NCBI GenBank assembly: GCA_040753015.1
Contig: JBFMHM010000007.1
Coordinates: forward strand, 2,076 to 66,075
From: Candidatus Omnitrophota bacterium
GTDB lineage: Bacteria; Omnitrophota; Gorgyraeia; Gygaellales; JBFMHM01
Reading direction: 5' to 3'
DNA: 64,000 nt
Shown: positions 1-10,059 of the stretch, piece by piece
Numbering within the stretch: the first letter of the stretch is position 1
How the letters are laid out: the number at the start of each line of letters is the position of its first letter
Program-made: the position numbers and the translations under genes
Notes under the pieces: model-generated
The model's input: only the letters and a program-made list of their open reading frames with translations
The model's database searches: none
Told to the model about the DNA's origin: nothing

Positions 1-473
1 AATAAGAACGATACACCATAAACACCTGTGATATCTGCAATTTGAATTATCGGTAAATTATTATATTGAGAATACCCTAAAATTGCCCAACCAAAACCTG
101 TTAGAATATAATTACGAATATATTCTAAGATAACCCAGCATGAAGAAACTAGAAGCATGTTTTTTATTTCTGGCCTATAAATATAGGAAAAAACTACACC
201 AAAAATTGCAAAATATAGCCCTAGATATAGGACTAAAATTATCAGTCCGGAAACCGTTACATGTGCTAGCCAATAGATTGCGCCTAAAAAGAATAATACC
301 CCCGTAAAATATGAAAGTAAAAATACCTGCCATTTATTTCTCTCCTGAATAGCAAAGAATAGCGGAACAAAACCAACCCAGGCAAGACCCCAGATGAACG
401 GTTTTAATGAAGTAAAAATTAAAAATATTGCGGATAAAATACTTAATAAGAAAGATAATATTTTTCTGTTCAT
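1..473 (-). CDS. lnt: Apolipoprotein N-acyltransferase (Lnt), N-terminal membrane domain; 3' end lies beyond the window start
   Basis: Manual minus-strand translation from ATG at 473: MNRKILSFLLSILSAIFLIF...GWAILGYSQYNNLPIIQIADITGVYGVSFL. It is multi-TM and shows the Lnt motifs 'LLEYIR..LTGFGW..LGYSQ' and 'GVYGVSFL'. No in-frame stop down to position 1. Confidence 0.6.
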   Translation of the reverse strand, partial: MNRKILSFLLSILSAIFLIFTSLKPFIWGLAWVGFVPLFFAIQERNKWQVFLLSYFTGVLFFLGAIYWLAHVTVSGLIILVLYLGLYFAIFGVVFSYIYRPEIKNMLLVSSCWVILEYIRNYILTGFGWAILGYSQYNNLPIIQIADITGVYGVSFL

Positions 474-532
474 AATGCCCTAATTTTATTATATTACGCG
501 TAATCTATCTTGGAAGGGAGAATTGGCAAATC

Positions 533-3439
533 TTACCTGCCACAGCATTTTTTGTACTTCCTACCGCTTTTGCATGGACAAGGCTCATTACGGCCAACTT
601 CTTTAGTTTTAACAACCGGTTTTGAAGGAGTTTCTTGAGGCATACCCGGCTCTACATGAGGCTCTTTAAAGGTCTCTTTTTCCGGATGAATATAACTTTG
701 AGGCACAGAATCGAATACGCCTTTGACCTGACGCGGCATCGATAATTTAACTTTAAATAAAGCTTGTACTGACTCAAGCTTTATGCTTTCAATCATACCA
801 CTAAACATATTGAATGCTTCGCGCTGGTATTCTATTAAAGGATCTCTTTGGCCATATGCTCTTAGACTAATTCCTTCTCTCAATGTATCCATTGCGTACA
901 AATGCTCTTTCCATTTAGTATCTATTACCTGAAGGCAAATGAACCTCTCTAAAAATTTGAGCTGCTCGGCATTAGTTATCTCTTTTTGATGGTAAACTTC
1001 TTTTATTTTTTCAAAAATATAATCCTTTAACTCTTCTTCCGCCAAAGGCGGATCCGCCTCAGGCGGAAAATTTTCTACTACTATACCAAAAGTATCTTTT
1101 AACGATCTATCTAAACCATCATAATCTCTTTCTTCTCCAGATAGGAATTGTTGGATATAAATATCTAAAATTTCATCAGCTATTATAAATATATCTTCTT
1201 TTATATCTTGTCCTTCTAAGACTTGTTTTCTTCTGCCATAGATAACTTCTCTTTGTTTATTCATAACATTATCATATTCAAGCAGCTGTTTTCTGATTTC
1301 AAAATTATGCTGCTCAACTCTTCTTTGTGCTGTTTCAATTGATTTTGATACCCAAGGATGCTCAATTGCCTGTCCAGCTTGCCAAGAAAACTTATCTAAT
1401 AGTCCGATCAAGCGATCGGAACCAAAAATACGCATTAGATCATCTTCTAACGATACATAAAATCTCGACGAACCAGGATCTCCCTGACGGCCAGACCTAC
1501 CGCGTAACTGGTTATCAATTCTACGCGCCTCATGGCGCTCTGTACCAATAACATGAAGCCCGCCGGTTTCAATTACTTTATTATGCTCATCACTAGCCTG
1601 CTTTCTAAATTTTTCAATATATAATTTAAATTTATCGTTATAATCTTTATTCTCTTGAGCTATTTTTTCCTCTCTAAGCAAAGTTTTTGTTAAAAAGTCA
1701 GGATTACCGCCTAAAAGAATATCGGTGCCGCGGCCTGCCATGTTTGTAGCAATAGTTATTGCCTTAAAGCGGCCGGCTTGAGCAATAATTTGCGCTTCCA
1801 TTTCATGGTATTTTGCATTTAAAACATTATGGGGAATACCTCTTTCTTGTAACAAATTTGAGATAATTTCGGAATTTTCAATTGAGATTGTTCCAACTAA
1901 AACAGGTTGCCCATTCTTATAGCATTCAACTATTTCCAAAATAATCGCATCAAATTTCTCTTTTTCTGTTTTATAAATTATATCGGGATAATTTTTACGG
2001 ATTAAAACACGGTTAGTCGGAATAGGAATTACATCTAATTTATAAATTTGTTTAAATTCCTGTGCCTCTGTAAAAGCAGTACCTGTCATGCCCGCTAGTT
2101 TTTCATACATCCTGAAGTAATTCTGAAATGTAATCGTAGCAAGGGTCTGATTCTCACGTTCAATCTTTAGATTTTCTTTTGCCTCTATTGCCTGGTGAAG
2201 ACCATCAGACCAACGACGCCCCGGCATAATCCTGCCAGTGAATTCATCAACAATAACAACTTTACCATCTTTAATAATGTACTGAACATCCTTGCGATAC
2301 ATTGGGCTATGCGCCATAAGCGCCTGAATTATATGATGGCGCCACTCAATAGTCTCTATTTCATGCAAGCTGGGTATTCCCAAAGACTTGCTTACCTTAA
2401 CCTCACCTTCCTCTGTCAGATGCACGGCATGGGCTTTTTCATCGATCAAATAATCATAACCTTGAGATATATCAATACCCTTATATTTTGCATCTATCTG
2501 CTCTTTCTCTGAAACAACCTTTCCTTTTAATTTAGAGATAACTTTATCTGCAATATAATATTTTTCGGTAGATTCTTCTGCTGGGCCAGAAATAATTAAA
2601 GGCGTACGCGCCTCATCAACTAATATTGAATCTACTTCATCGACAATTGCATAATGAAACGGCCGTTGAACCATTTCACTCTTATCAATAACCATATTGT
2701 CGCGCAGATAATCAAAACCAAATTCATTATTTGTTCCATAGGTAACATCTTTAGAATATTCATAGCGGCGGGCATCTGGATCTAAATCATGCTGGATTAC
2801 TCCTACGGAAAGCCCTAAAAATTCATAAATTGGGCCCATCCATTCACGGTCACGGCGCGCTAAATAATCATTGACTGTTACAATATGGACGCCTCGACCC
2901 AAAAGCGCATTTAAATAAGCTGGCAGTGTTGCAACTAATGTTTTTCCTTCACCTGTAGCCATCTCAGCAATTTTGCCTTGATGAAGAATTATACCGCCAA
3001 GCAGCTGCGAGTCAAAATGCCGCATATTACAAACTCGCCTTGCAGCCTCACGCACAACGCTAAAAGCCTCACATAAGATATTGTCAAAAACTTTATTATG
3101 TAAATTTTTTAAACTTAAATGTAGCTTATCTTTCTCTTCGGGAATAACTGCTGTATTAAAACGTTCCTTTAGTTCTATAATTTGACTTTCCAATTCTTTT
3201 TCTTTTTTAAAAACATGCTCTTTAAACTCTTCGGTTTTATCCCGAAGCCCTTGATCAGATAAAGCTTTTACTTTTTCCTCTAAACTATTTATCTGGCTAA
3301 CATATTTGGCAAGACTGCTAATTTCAGCGATTGCCGAAGTAGGAAGCTCTAATCCAAGTTTAATATTAACACTGGGTTTAAGCCGGTCAATTTTTCTTTG
3401 ATGATTTTTTAAAGTTGTTTTTTTAATAAAACTTAACAT
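533..3439 (-). CDS. secA: Preprotein translocase ATPase SecA (968 aa)
   Basis: DEAD-like motor ('MATGEGKTLVATL', 'LVDEARTPLIISG') and a C-terminal zinc-finger tail 'CPCKSGRKYKKCCG'. Confidence 0.95.
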   Translation of the reverse strand: MLSFIKKTTLKNHQRKIDRLKPSVNIKLGLELPTSAIAEISSLAKYVSQINSLEEKVKALSDQGLRDKTEEFKEHVFKKEKELESQIIELKERFNTAVIPEEKDKLHLSLKNLHNKVFDNILCEAFSVVREAARRVCNMRHFDSQLLGGIILHQGKIAEMATGEGKTLVATLPAYLNALLGRGVHIVTVNDYLARRDREWMGPIYEFLGLSVGVIQHDLDPDARRYEYSKDVTYGTNNEFGFDYLRDNMVIDKSEMVQRPFHYAIVDEVDSILVDEARTPLIISGPAEESTEKYYIADKVISKLKGKVVSEKEQIDAKYKGIDISQGYDYLIDEKAHAVHLTEEGEVKVSKSLGIPSLHEIETIEWRHHIIQALMAHSPMYRKDVQYIIKDGKVVIVDEFTGRIMPGRRWSDGLHQAIEAKENLKIERENQTLATITFQNYFRMYEKLAGMTGTAFTEAQEFKQIYKLDVIPIPTNRVLIRKNYPDIIYKTEKEKFDAIILEIVECYKNGQPVLVGTISIENSEIISNLLQERGIPHNVLNAKYHEMEAQIIAQAGRFKAITIATNMAGRGTDILLGGNPDFLTKTLLREEKIAQENKDYNDKFKLYIEKFRKQASDEHNKVIETGGLHVIGTERHEARRIDNQLRGRSGRQGDPGSSRFYVSLEDDLMRIFGSDRLIGLLDKFSWQAGQAIEHPWVSKSIETAQRRVEQHNFEIRKQLLEYDNVMNKQREVIYGRRKQVLEGQDIKEDIFIIADEILDIYIQQFLSGEERDYDGLDRSLKDTFGIVVENFPPEADPPLAEEELKDYIFEKIKEVYHQKEITNAEQLKFLERFICLQVIDTKWKEHLYAMDTLREGISLRAYGQRDPLIEYQREAFNMFSGMIESIKLESVQALFKVKLSMPRQVKGVFDSVPQSYIHPEKETFKEPHVEPGMPQETPSKPVVKTKEVGRNEPCPCKSGRKYKKCCGR

Positions 3440-4537
3440 TGCTTGCTTTTTTGAATTTTCAAATATGCTTCTATAAAATCGTCTAATTTCCCATCCATAA
3501 CCGCACTAACATTGCCGGTTTCAAAATCTGTTCGGTGATCTTTTACCATATTATAAGGATGCATCACATAACTTCTAATCTGACTGCCCCATTCAATTTT
3601 TTGCTTTAAGCCCGACTCTTTTTGTAAAACCTGTTTTTGTTCTTCTGCCCGTTTTTCGAAGAGACGCGCCTTCAAAATCTTTAAAGCTGTTTGTTTGTTT
3701 TGATATTGCGAACGTTCATTCTGACAAGAAACAACAATACCTGTAGGTAAATGAGTAATACGCACAGCAGAGTCTGTCGTATTCACACCTTGCCCTCCCG
3801 GGCCGCTTGCTCGATAAACATCAATACGCAAGTCTTCTTCTTTTACATTAACATCTCCCGCCTCTTCTACCTCTGGGATCACATCAACAGAGGCAAACGA
3901 CGTATGCCTTCTTTTATTAGAATCAAAAGGAGAAATTCTTACCAAGCGGTGCACACCGCGTTCTGCCTTTAAATATCCATAAGCATAGAATCCATCGATA
4001 AGAATAGTGGCATTCTTAATTCCTGCTTCTTCCCCAGCTAGATAATCAATTACTTTAGTTTTAAATCCTCGCAATTCTGCAAAACGTAAATACATTCGAA
4101 AAAGCATACTTGCCCAGTCACAGGATTCTGTACCCCCGGCACCTGCATTGATAGAGAGGATTGCATTACTTTTATCGAATTCTCCTGATAAAAGAGTCTG
4201 AAATTCTAAAATGTCTGCTTTTCTGATAATCTCTTCTAATTCTTTATCGAAAGAAATAAAAAAATCATCCGGCTCTTTTAGAGAAATTTCAAATAATTCT
4301 TTCAATTCCTTAAACTTAACGAAGGAAGTCTGAAAATTATCAATGGTATCTTTTAATTGTTTCAACTCAACTACAATTTTATTTGCCTCTTCTTGATTAT
4401 TCCAGAATGAAGCATTTGTCATTAAATCATTGATTTCTTTAATTCGCTTAAGCTTATTATCAACGTCAAAGATAACCTCTTAGTTGACTAAACTTATCTT
4501 CTAAATCCTGAATTTTTTTAACGATTACATCGTGCAT
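3433..4537 (-). CDS. prfB: Peptide chain release factor 2, with programmed +1 ribosomal frameshift
   Basis: The ORF 3433..4422 carries 'SGPGGQ' (GGQ motif) and SPF-like tripeptide context. Frame 0 starts at ATG 4537 (MHDVIVKKIQDLEDKFSQLRGYL) and ends at the in-frame TGA at 4468-4466. That stop lies in the sequence AGA GGU UAU CUU UGA C, nearly identical to the E. coli prfB shift site. The +1 frame (GAC = D) continues ...VDNKLKRIKEINDL into the main ORF. Confidence 0.9.
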
Positions 4538-5610
4538 TATTGCCTCTTTATTCCTTTCAAAGCTAAACTTAAATCATCTTTATTATCGGAAAAATCCATG
4601 GCTACTTCCGGGCTAATCTTTTTTTCTTTAATTAACTTCATTAAACACTGATTAAAACTTTGCATACCAAATAACTCCCCTTCTTCTATATAACGCGGAA
4701 TTTCATATTCTTTTGCCTCCCGTATAAGACGGCCGATAGTCGGCGTAAGTATCATTGTTTCATAAGCGGGAATTCTCGCCTTAACATCAATTCTTGGAAT
4801 AAGACGAAGAGAAATTACGCCTTTGAGTAACATTGATAGTTGAAGCCGAATTTGATTATGCTGGTGCGGCGGGAAAAAATTAATAATTCGCTCTATCGTC
4901 TGATAAGCATTAATTGTGTGCAATGTACTCAAAACCAAAACTCCGGTCTCTGCGGCTGTTAGAGCTGCTTTCATTGTTTCTTCGTCGCGAATATTACCAA
5001 TTAAAATAACATCGGGGCTCTGCAAAGTAAATGCCTTTAGAGCAGTAGGATAACAAGAAACATCTATCCCTAAATCCCTTTGATTAACAATTGACTTTTT
5101 ATCTGAAAAAGTGTATTCGATAGGTTCTTCGACGGTTAAGACATGCCTCTTTAAATTCTGATTTATGTATTCAATTATGCTAGCAAGCGTTGTAGATTTA
5201 CCGCTTCCCATAGATCCGGTCAACAAAACTAACCCTCTCCGCTCACAAGAGAGCCGCTTTAAAACCTCCGCGGGCAAATTCAGTTCTTCAAAGCTATCTA
5301 TTTTATTCGGGATATGCCTTACGACAAGCGAAGGTGTATTGCGCTGCTGAAATATACTAACGCGAAACCGCGTAGATAATTCTTCTGAATAATAAGCAAA
5401 ATCAATATCAAGGCATTTTTTATATTTCTCAATCTGTTCCTTAGTAGCGAGTTCCTCGATAAATTTTTGCATATCTTCGGCTGAAAGGATTTTATCATCA
5501 AATGATTCTACCTCACCATTAATCCTTAGGTGAATATTTGCAGCGCTGCGGCAAAATAAATCTGATGCCTTTTTTTCTATCATTAATTTGAATATTTCTT
5601 CTATATGCAT
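4537..5610 (-). CDS. pilT: Type IV pilus retraction ATPase PilT/PilU family (357 aa)
   Basis: Walker A 'LLTGSMGSGKSTTLA', Walker B 'ILIGNIRDEET' and PilT-like size. Its stop overlaps the prfB start (TAATG). Confidence 0.8.
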   Translation of the reverse strand: MHIEEIFKLMIEKKASDLFCRSAANIHLRINGEVESFDDKILSAEDMQKFIEELATKEQIEKYKKCLDIDFAYYSEELSTRFRVSIFQQRNTPSLVVRHIPNKIDSFEELNLPAEVLKRLSCERRGLVLLTGSMGSGKSTTLASIIEYINQNLKRHVLTVEEPIEYTFSDKKSIVNQRDLGIDVSCYPTALKAFTLQSPDVILIGNIRDEETMKAALTAAETGVLVLSTLHTINAYQTIERIINFFPPHQHNQIRLQLSMLLKGVISLRLIPRIDVKARIPAYETMILTPTIGRLIREAKEYEIPRYIEEGELFGMQSFNQCLMKLIKEKKISPEVAMDFSDNKDDLSLALKGIKRQ

Positions 5611-5668
5611 AATTACCTCTTTGTTTTATATGATTACTAGTATATCTTTTGTACTCAAGATAGCAAGA

Positions 5669-5779
5669 GTTTTATATATAATCCTTTTCTATTTTAAGTA
5701 ATCTTTTCTTCAAACTTAAACCATTAGAATATCCTCCAAGCGAGCCGTCTGAATTTATTATCCGATGGCAAGGTTTCAT
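5669..5779 (-). pseudogene. ogt: 3'-terminal remnant (36 codons) of methylated-DNA-protein-cysteine methyltransferase (Ogt/MGMT) active-site region
   Basis: Manual translation: MKPCHRIINSDGSLGGYSNGLSLKKRLLKIEKGLYI*. It holds the MGMT signature 'PCHR(V/I)I.S.GSLGGY..G...K..LL' but no N-terminal domain. Its ATG overlaps the uvrC stop (ATGA). Confidence 0.6.
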
Positions 5780-7026
5780 TTAATTAAATATTTTTTTCTT
5801 AATAATAAATTATACGAATGTGCGAAACGATGGGCTTCGTCGCGTATACGTTGAACTAATTTTAATGCTGCTGAATCTCTGGGTAGATTTACTCCAGAAG
5901 GTTTTTTAGTGCTAAATATAATTTCATTCTCCTTAGCAATACTAATTACAGGGATATCTATCCTTAATCTTTTTAAGACTTCCAGCCCAACTGATAAATG
6001 CCCTTTACCTCCATCAATTAAAATCAAATCCGGTAAAGATGCTTTTTCTCTAATCAATTTAGAATAGCGTCGGTTGAGCACTTCTTCTAAACAACTGTAA
6101 TCGTCTCTACCTGTAACAGTTTTTATTTTAAATCGTCTATACCCCGACTTATCAGCTACGCCTTTACAAAAAGATACCAACGATCCTGCTTTAAAACTTT
6201 CACCTATAGAAGAAATATCAAATGCCTCAATCCTTAAGGGTATTTTATTCAAATCTAATGTTTTTTTTAGAGACTCCAAATCGTTCTGAGCTCTATCTTC
6301 TATATTAAATAAACTTCCTAATGCATTAATTTCATCGCGTAACTCTTTTGCCTCCTCAAAATGTTTACGCTTTGCTGCTTCAAACATTTTTTTTGTTAAG
6401 CTATTAATTAATTCTTCATATCTGCCTTCTAAAAATAAAGACACGTTATTAATAATCTGGCGATATTTTAATTTAGTTTTTCTATCAGCGCATGGCGCAA
6501 AACAAAGATTAAGTTTTGAATAAAGGCAGGCCTTCCTGGCGGCAGGCAGAGATTCTTTAGGCAAGTTTTTACAAGTCCTAAACTTAAAAATTCTTCGTAA
6601 TATTTTAAAAGCCTCCCTTAGGAGCGCTGCATCAGGATAAGGGCCATAATATTTGAAGTCGCCAGTTTGTTTATAGGGCCTGCCGATAAAAACACGCGGA
6701 AATTCTTCATTTGTGATTATTATCGCCGGATAACTTTTATCATCTTTTAAAGAAATATTGTATTTTGGCTGATATTTCTTAATTAAAGCATTTTCTAAAA
6801 GTAATGCGGAAGCCTCATTAGTAGTTTTTATATATTCAACCGAAGCAATGTTATTAACTAAAGTAAAGGTTTTTAAAACCTGTTTTTGCCCCGAGGAAAA
6901 ATAGGTTGAAATCCGTTTTTTTAAATTACGCGCCTTACCAATATAAATAATGTTCTTTCTAACATCTCTCATTAAGTAAACGCCGCAAGTATTTGGAGCA
7001 TTCACTATTAGTTCTTTAAAGTCCAT
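5776..7026 (-). CDS. uvrC: Excinuclease ABC subunit C, short form (416 aa) ending after the RNase H-like endonuclease domain
   Basis: GIY-YIG N-terminus ('GVYLMRD...IIYIGKARNLKKR'), a central UvrBC-interaction region, and a C-terminal 'IDGGKGHL...EAHRFA' endonuclease domain. The C-terminal HhH region is absent. Confidence 0.85.
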   Translation of the reverse strand: MDFKELIVNAPNTCGVYLMRDVRKNIIYIGKARNLKKRISTYFSSGQKQVLKTFTLVNNIASVEYIKTTNEASALLLENALIKKYQPKYNISLKDDKSYPAIIITNEEFPRVFIGRPYKQTGDFKYYGPYPDAALLREAFKILRRIFKFRTCKNLPKESLPAARKACLYSKLNLCFAPCADRKTKLKYRQIINNVSLFLEGRYEELINSLTKKMFEAAKRKHFEEAKELRDEINALGSLFNIEDRAQNDLESLKKTLDLNKIPLRIEAFDISSIGESFKAGSLVSFCKGVADKSGYRRFKIKTVTGRDDYSCLEEVLNRRYSKLIREKASLPDLILIDGGKGHLSVGLEVLKRLRIDIPVISIAKENEIIFSTKKPSGVNLPRDSAALKLVQRIRDEAHRFAHSYNLLLRKKYLIK

Positions 7027-8564
7027 TTTATAATTTGATTAATTTTTTTAATTCCGAGTAAATTAGTGATCAACATATAAACCGCTGTACCAATAATAAT
7101 CACAAAAATAAGCTTAACAATAATATCAAATCTCACAAACCTCCAAAATACATATAAAAATAACCCCATAACCAAACTTGCATAGCAAACCTTAAGAATA
7201 AATTGCTGTAAATTTTTCGTGAATAAAGTAGTATCTGTCTTCTTATATGCTGCGTGCAGCATTAAAAAATTAAAAGCCGATGATATAGCGCTAGCTAAAG
7301 CAAGGCCACCTACTTTTAAGGGCCAGATTAATATTAAGTTTAAACATAAATTCAGCAACAATGACAAAAAAGCAATTTTTACGGGAGTAGCTGTATCTTG
7401 TCTTGAATAAAAATTTGAAGCCATAATCCTTGCGCTTGCATAAAACGGCAGGCCCAGCGAAAAAAACATTAAAGCAAAACTTGTGATATTAGTAGAATAG
7501 CTGGTGAATTTACCCCTTTGAAATAAAACCTGTATTACCGGATGAGCTAGAATAAATAGAGCCACTAAACAAGGAATCATAATAAAAAAAATTGCTTTCA
7601 AAGAAAAAATAAGAGTGTTCCTATGTTCTTCGGCTTGGCCTTGAGCAATTTTTTTTGATAATGATGGTAAAATAGCAGTCATCATCGCTGTACTAAAAAT
7701 ACCCAAAGGAAATTGAATTAAATGATTTGCATAATAAACTGCTGAAACCGCACCTTCTCCCACAATCCAAGATAAAGAAGCTAAAATAGTATCCATAAAA
7801 ACATTTAATTGATAAACAATGGTCCCAAATATTCTGGGAATAATCAACTTAAATATTTTATTTACAGCCGGATGGAAAATATCTATCTTAATCATTTTAA
7901 AATCGGCACCCTTGGATAAATCGTAGAATTTTTTAGCACTCGAAATGATATGCATTACAAACTGTAATAATCCTCCAGCTAAAACTCCTAAAGCAAGGCT
8001 AAAAATAGGTTGGTGCAATCTATTAAAAGTTAAAAATATTGCAAAAATCATAGCAATATTTAAAAAACAAGGGCTTAGTGCAGAAATAGAAAAAACTCCT
8101 TCTGTATTTAAAAATGCCATCAATAGCGCAACTAGGCCGATAAAGAATACATAAGGAAAATTTATCTTTAAAATCTCTATTGTTAGGTTCAATTTATCCG
8201 GGCTTGAAATAAAACCCGGTGCAATAACCCTTACAACGAATGGAGCCAGTAAAACACCTAAAATTACTATTATCACTAAAATAATAGATAATAGTATAAA
8301 AATACTTAAAATTAGGCTCAGGTAAGATTCTTTTTTATGTTTAACCGAATATTCTGAGAATACTGGTACTAACGCGCTGGAAGCCGCACCTTCACCTATA
8401 ATATCGCGAAAAAGATTCGGTATACGAAAAGCAACAAAAAAAGCATCTAGGCTTGAAGAAGTACCAAAGAATCCTGCAATCACGATATCACGGGCAAAAC
8501 CCAAAATACGTGAACAGAGCGTAAAAAAACTAACCCGAGAAAAAGACTTGACTATTGACTTCAT
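7008..8564 (-). CDS. murJ: Lipid II flippase MurJ/MviN (518 aa)
   Basis: Polytopic membrane protein with the MurJ N-terminus 'RILGFARDIVIAGFFG...DAFFVAFRIPNLFRDI'. Confidence 0.85.
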   Translation of the reverse strand: MKSIVKSFSRVSFFTLCSRILGFARDIVIAGFFGTSSSLDAFFVAFRIPNLFRDIIGEGAASSALVPVFSEYSVKHKKESYLSLILSIFILLSIILVIIVILGVLLAPFVVRVIAPGFISSPDKLNLTIEILKINFPYVFFIGLVALLMAFLNTEGVFSISALSPCFLNIAMIFAIFLTFNRLHQPIFSLALGVLAGGLLQFVMHIISSAKKFYDLSKGADFKMIKIDIFHPAVNKIFKLIIPRIFGTIVYQLNVFMDTILASLSWIVGEGAVSAVYYANHLIQFPLGIFSTAMMTAILPSLSKKIAQGQAEEHRNTLIFSLKAIFFIMIPCLVALFILAHPVIQVLFQRGKFTSYSTNITSFALMFFSLGLPFYASARIMASNFYSRQDTATPVKIAFLSLLLNLCLNLILIWPLKVGGLALASAISSAFNFLMLHAAYKKTDTTLFTKNLQQFILKVCYASLVMGLFLYVFWRFVRFDIIVKLIFVIIIGTAVYMLITNLLGIKKINQIIKWTLKN

Positions 8565-8610
8565 CTGTGTTATAAATTAACCCTTAACAAATTTTAAAAG
8601 GAGAAAATTA

Positions 8611-8871
8611 ATGCCTCAACGTAAGTGTGCCTTAAAAGCAATGCGCTCAAGTAAAAAAAAGCGTGTTAATAATTTAAAGATTAAAAACAATATCAAAAAA
8701 CTAATAAAAAATTTTATCAAACTGATTTCTACAAAAAAACTTGAAGAAGCTAAAAAACTACTCCCGAGTATCGCGTCTAGCCTTGACAAAGCAGCAAAAA
8801 AGAAAATTATCCATATAAATAGCGCTAAGAGGAAAATTTCCCGCCTAGCTTTAAAGCTAAAAAGTACATAA
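8611..8871 (+). CDS. rpsT: 30S ribosomal protein S20
   Basis: Lys/Arg-rich 86-aa protein of S20-like composition. There is a GGAG Shine-Dalgarno 7 nt upstream. It is the only convincing plus-strand gene in the first 36 kb. Confidence 0.8.
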   Translation: MPQRKCALKAMRSSKKKRVNNLKIKNNIKKLIKNFIKLISTKKLEEAKKLLPSIASSLDKAAKKKIIHINSAKRKISRLALKLKST

Positions 8872-9498
8872 TTTAATTAAAAACACTTCCAAAGCAACTG
8901 TTTCTGTAAGACGTCCTGTTTTTATAGCTAGATCTGTTTCTAATAACAAATTAAACCTTCTCAACCTATCTTGCAAATTTAAATTTTCTTTCTCCCATTG
9001 ATACCTAAGAGCACCAATTATCTTCTGCGCTTGAGTTCTCTGCAACATTAACTCATTTAATAGACATAAAGCTTCTTGTGTTTTTTTTTGGTCTATCAGG
9101 CGGCCTAAACTAAAAACGCTTGGATAAAAGCCGCGTTTAAAAGTAAAAACTTTTATCTGGCTGCAATTAACAAGTTTATTAATAAAGTCATCTTTTATAT
9201 CAAAGTTGTATATATCTAGAATTAATAATATATGCGCGGATGGATTTTTTATATATTCAAGCAGGAATTTCTTGGAATCTTGTGATAGATGCTCGACTTC
9301 TTTTATAACAAAAATTATTTTCTTGTCTTTGAAAGGATACTTGTGAAGGTATTCCTGTAATTCGACACAGGTCAGTTCTTTAGCAAAAACGGTTTGAAAA
9401 TTTAATTTATCCAAGCTGGTATCTAGATTTTCTTTTTTTATTAACTCAAGTTTCTTCCTCTTGGATAATTCATCTTCTCCTATAAATAAATAAGTCAC
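8857..9498 (-). CDS. holA: DNA polymerase III delta subunit (HolA)-like, short (213 aa)
   Basis: Weak delta-subunit N-terminal similarity. It sits in the holA-lptE synteny known from proteobacteria. Confidence 0.45.
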   Translation of the reverse strand: MTYLFIGEDELSKRKKLELIKKENLDTSLDKLNFQTVFAKELTCVELQEYLHKYPFKDKKIIFVIKEVEHLSQDSKKFLLEYIKNPSAHILLILDIYNFDIKDDFINKLVNCSQIKVFTFKRGFYPSVFSLGRLIDQKKTQEALCLLNELMLQRTQAQKIIGALRYQWEKENLNLQDRLRRFNLLLETDLAIKTGRLTETVALEVFLIKLCTF

Positions 9499-9504
9499 GT
9501 CTTA

Positions 9505-10059
9505 TCACCATGCTTCAACGGTTTTTTCGACAATCCTACGCACCAAATCAAAACTTGCCTCTCTGACAATCGTATCATCACTTTTCTCAAGATTGCCTTC
9601 TACAAATGTACTTGTATCGCCGCCATAATTATTTAATTCCCAAAGCATTTTATTATTACGGCTATCATAAAGCCTTACATCTACAAGAATATTTACACGA
9701 TATTCCTCAACCTCATTATCAGCATTATAACGCACTGGGTCTTTACGATAATCAATAAGTTCTCCTGATAAGATCAGATCAGCATTTTTACTAGACACCA
9801 CCCTAAGGCTTCCATCAATAATAAACCTATCAACTAAAGAATTAGTTAACGTTGTTTCAACCCCGGCAGTATATGTCTTATAAATACTGCGGCTACCTTC
9901 CGATGTAAAATTAATCTTATTCTTAAACGGATCTATATGTATTGTTTTTAAATCTGGCGCGAGGGCTGTTTTTGTTGTGTAACCACATCCGGCTAAAATT
10001 GAAACTAAGAAACAAATCTGCACAATCGGTATTATCAATCTACCTAATTTGGAATTCAT
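9505..10059 (-). CDS. lptE: LPS-assembly lipoprotein LptE-like (184 aa)
   Basis: Lipobox 'LAGCG' after a signal peptide, about 180 aa, immediately upstream of holA as in the E. coli leuS-lptE-holA arrangement. Confidence 0.45.
   Translation of the reverse strand: MNSKLGRLIIPIVQICFLVSILAGCGYTTKTALAPDLKTIHIDPFKNKINFTSEGSRSIYKTYTAGVETTLTNSLVDRFIIDGSLRVVSSKNADLILSGELIDYRKDPVRYNADNEVEEYRVNILVDVRLYDSRNNKMLWELNNYGGDTSTFVEGNLEKSDDTIVREASFDLVRRIVEKTVEAW

Noticed and set aside
1327-3972. Several 60-105-aa plus-strand ORFs antisense to secA and prfB
   Set aside because: They fall fully inside well-supported minus-strand genes and show no motifs. They are an artefact of AT-rich codon usage.
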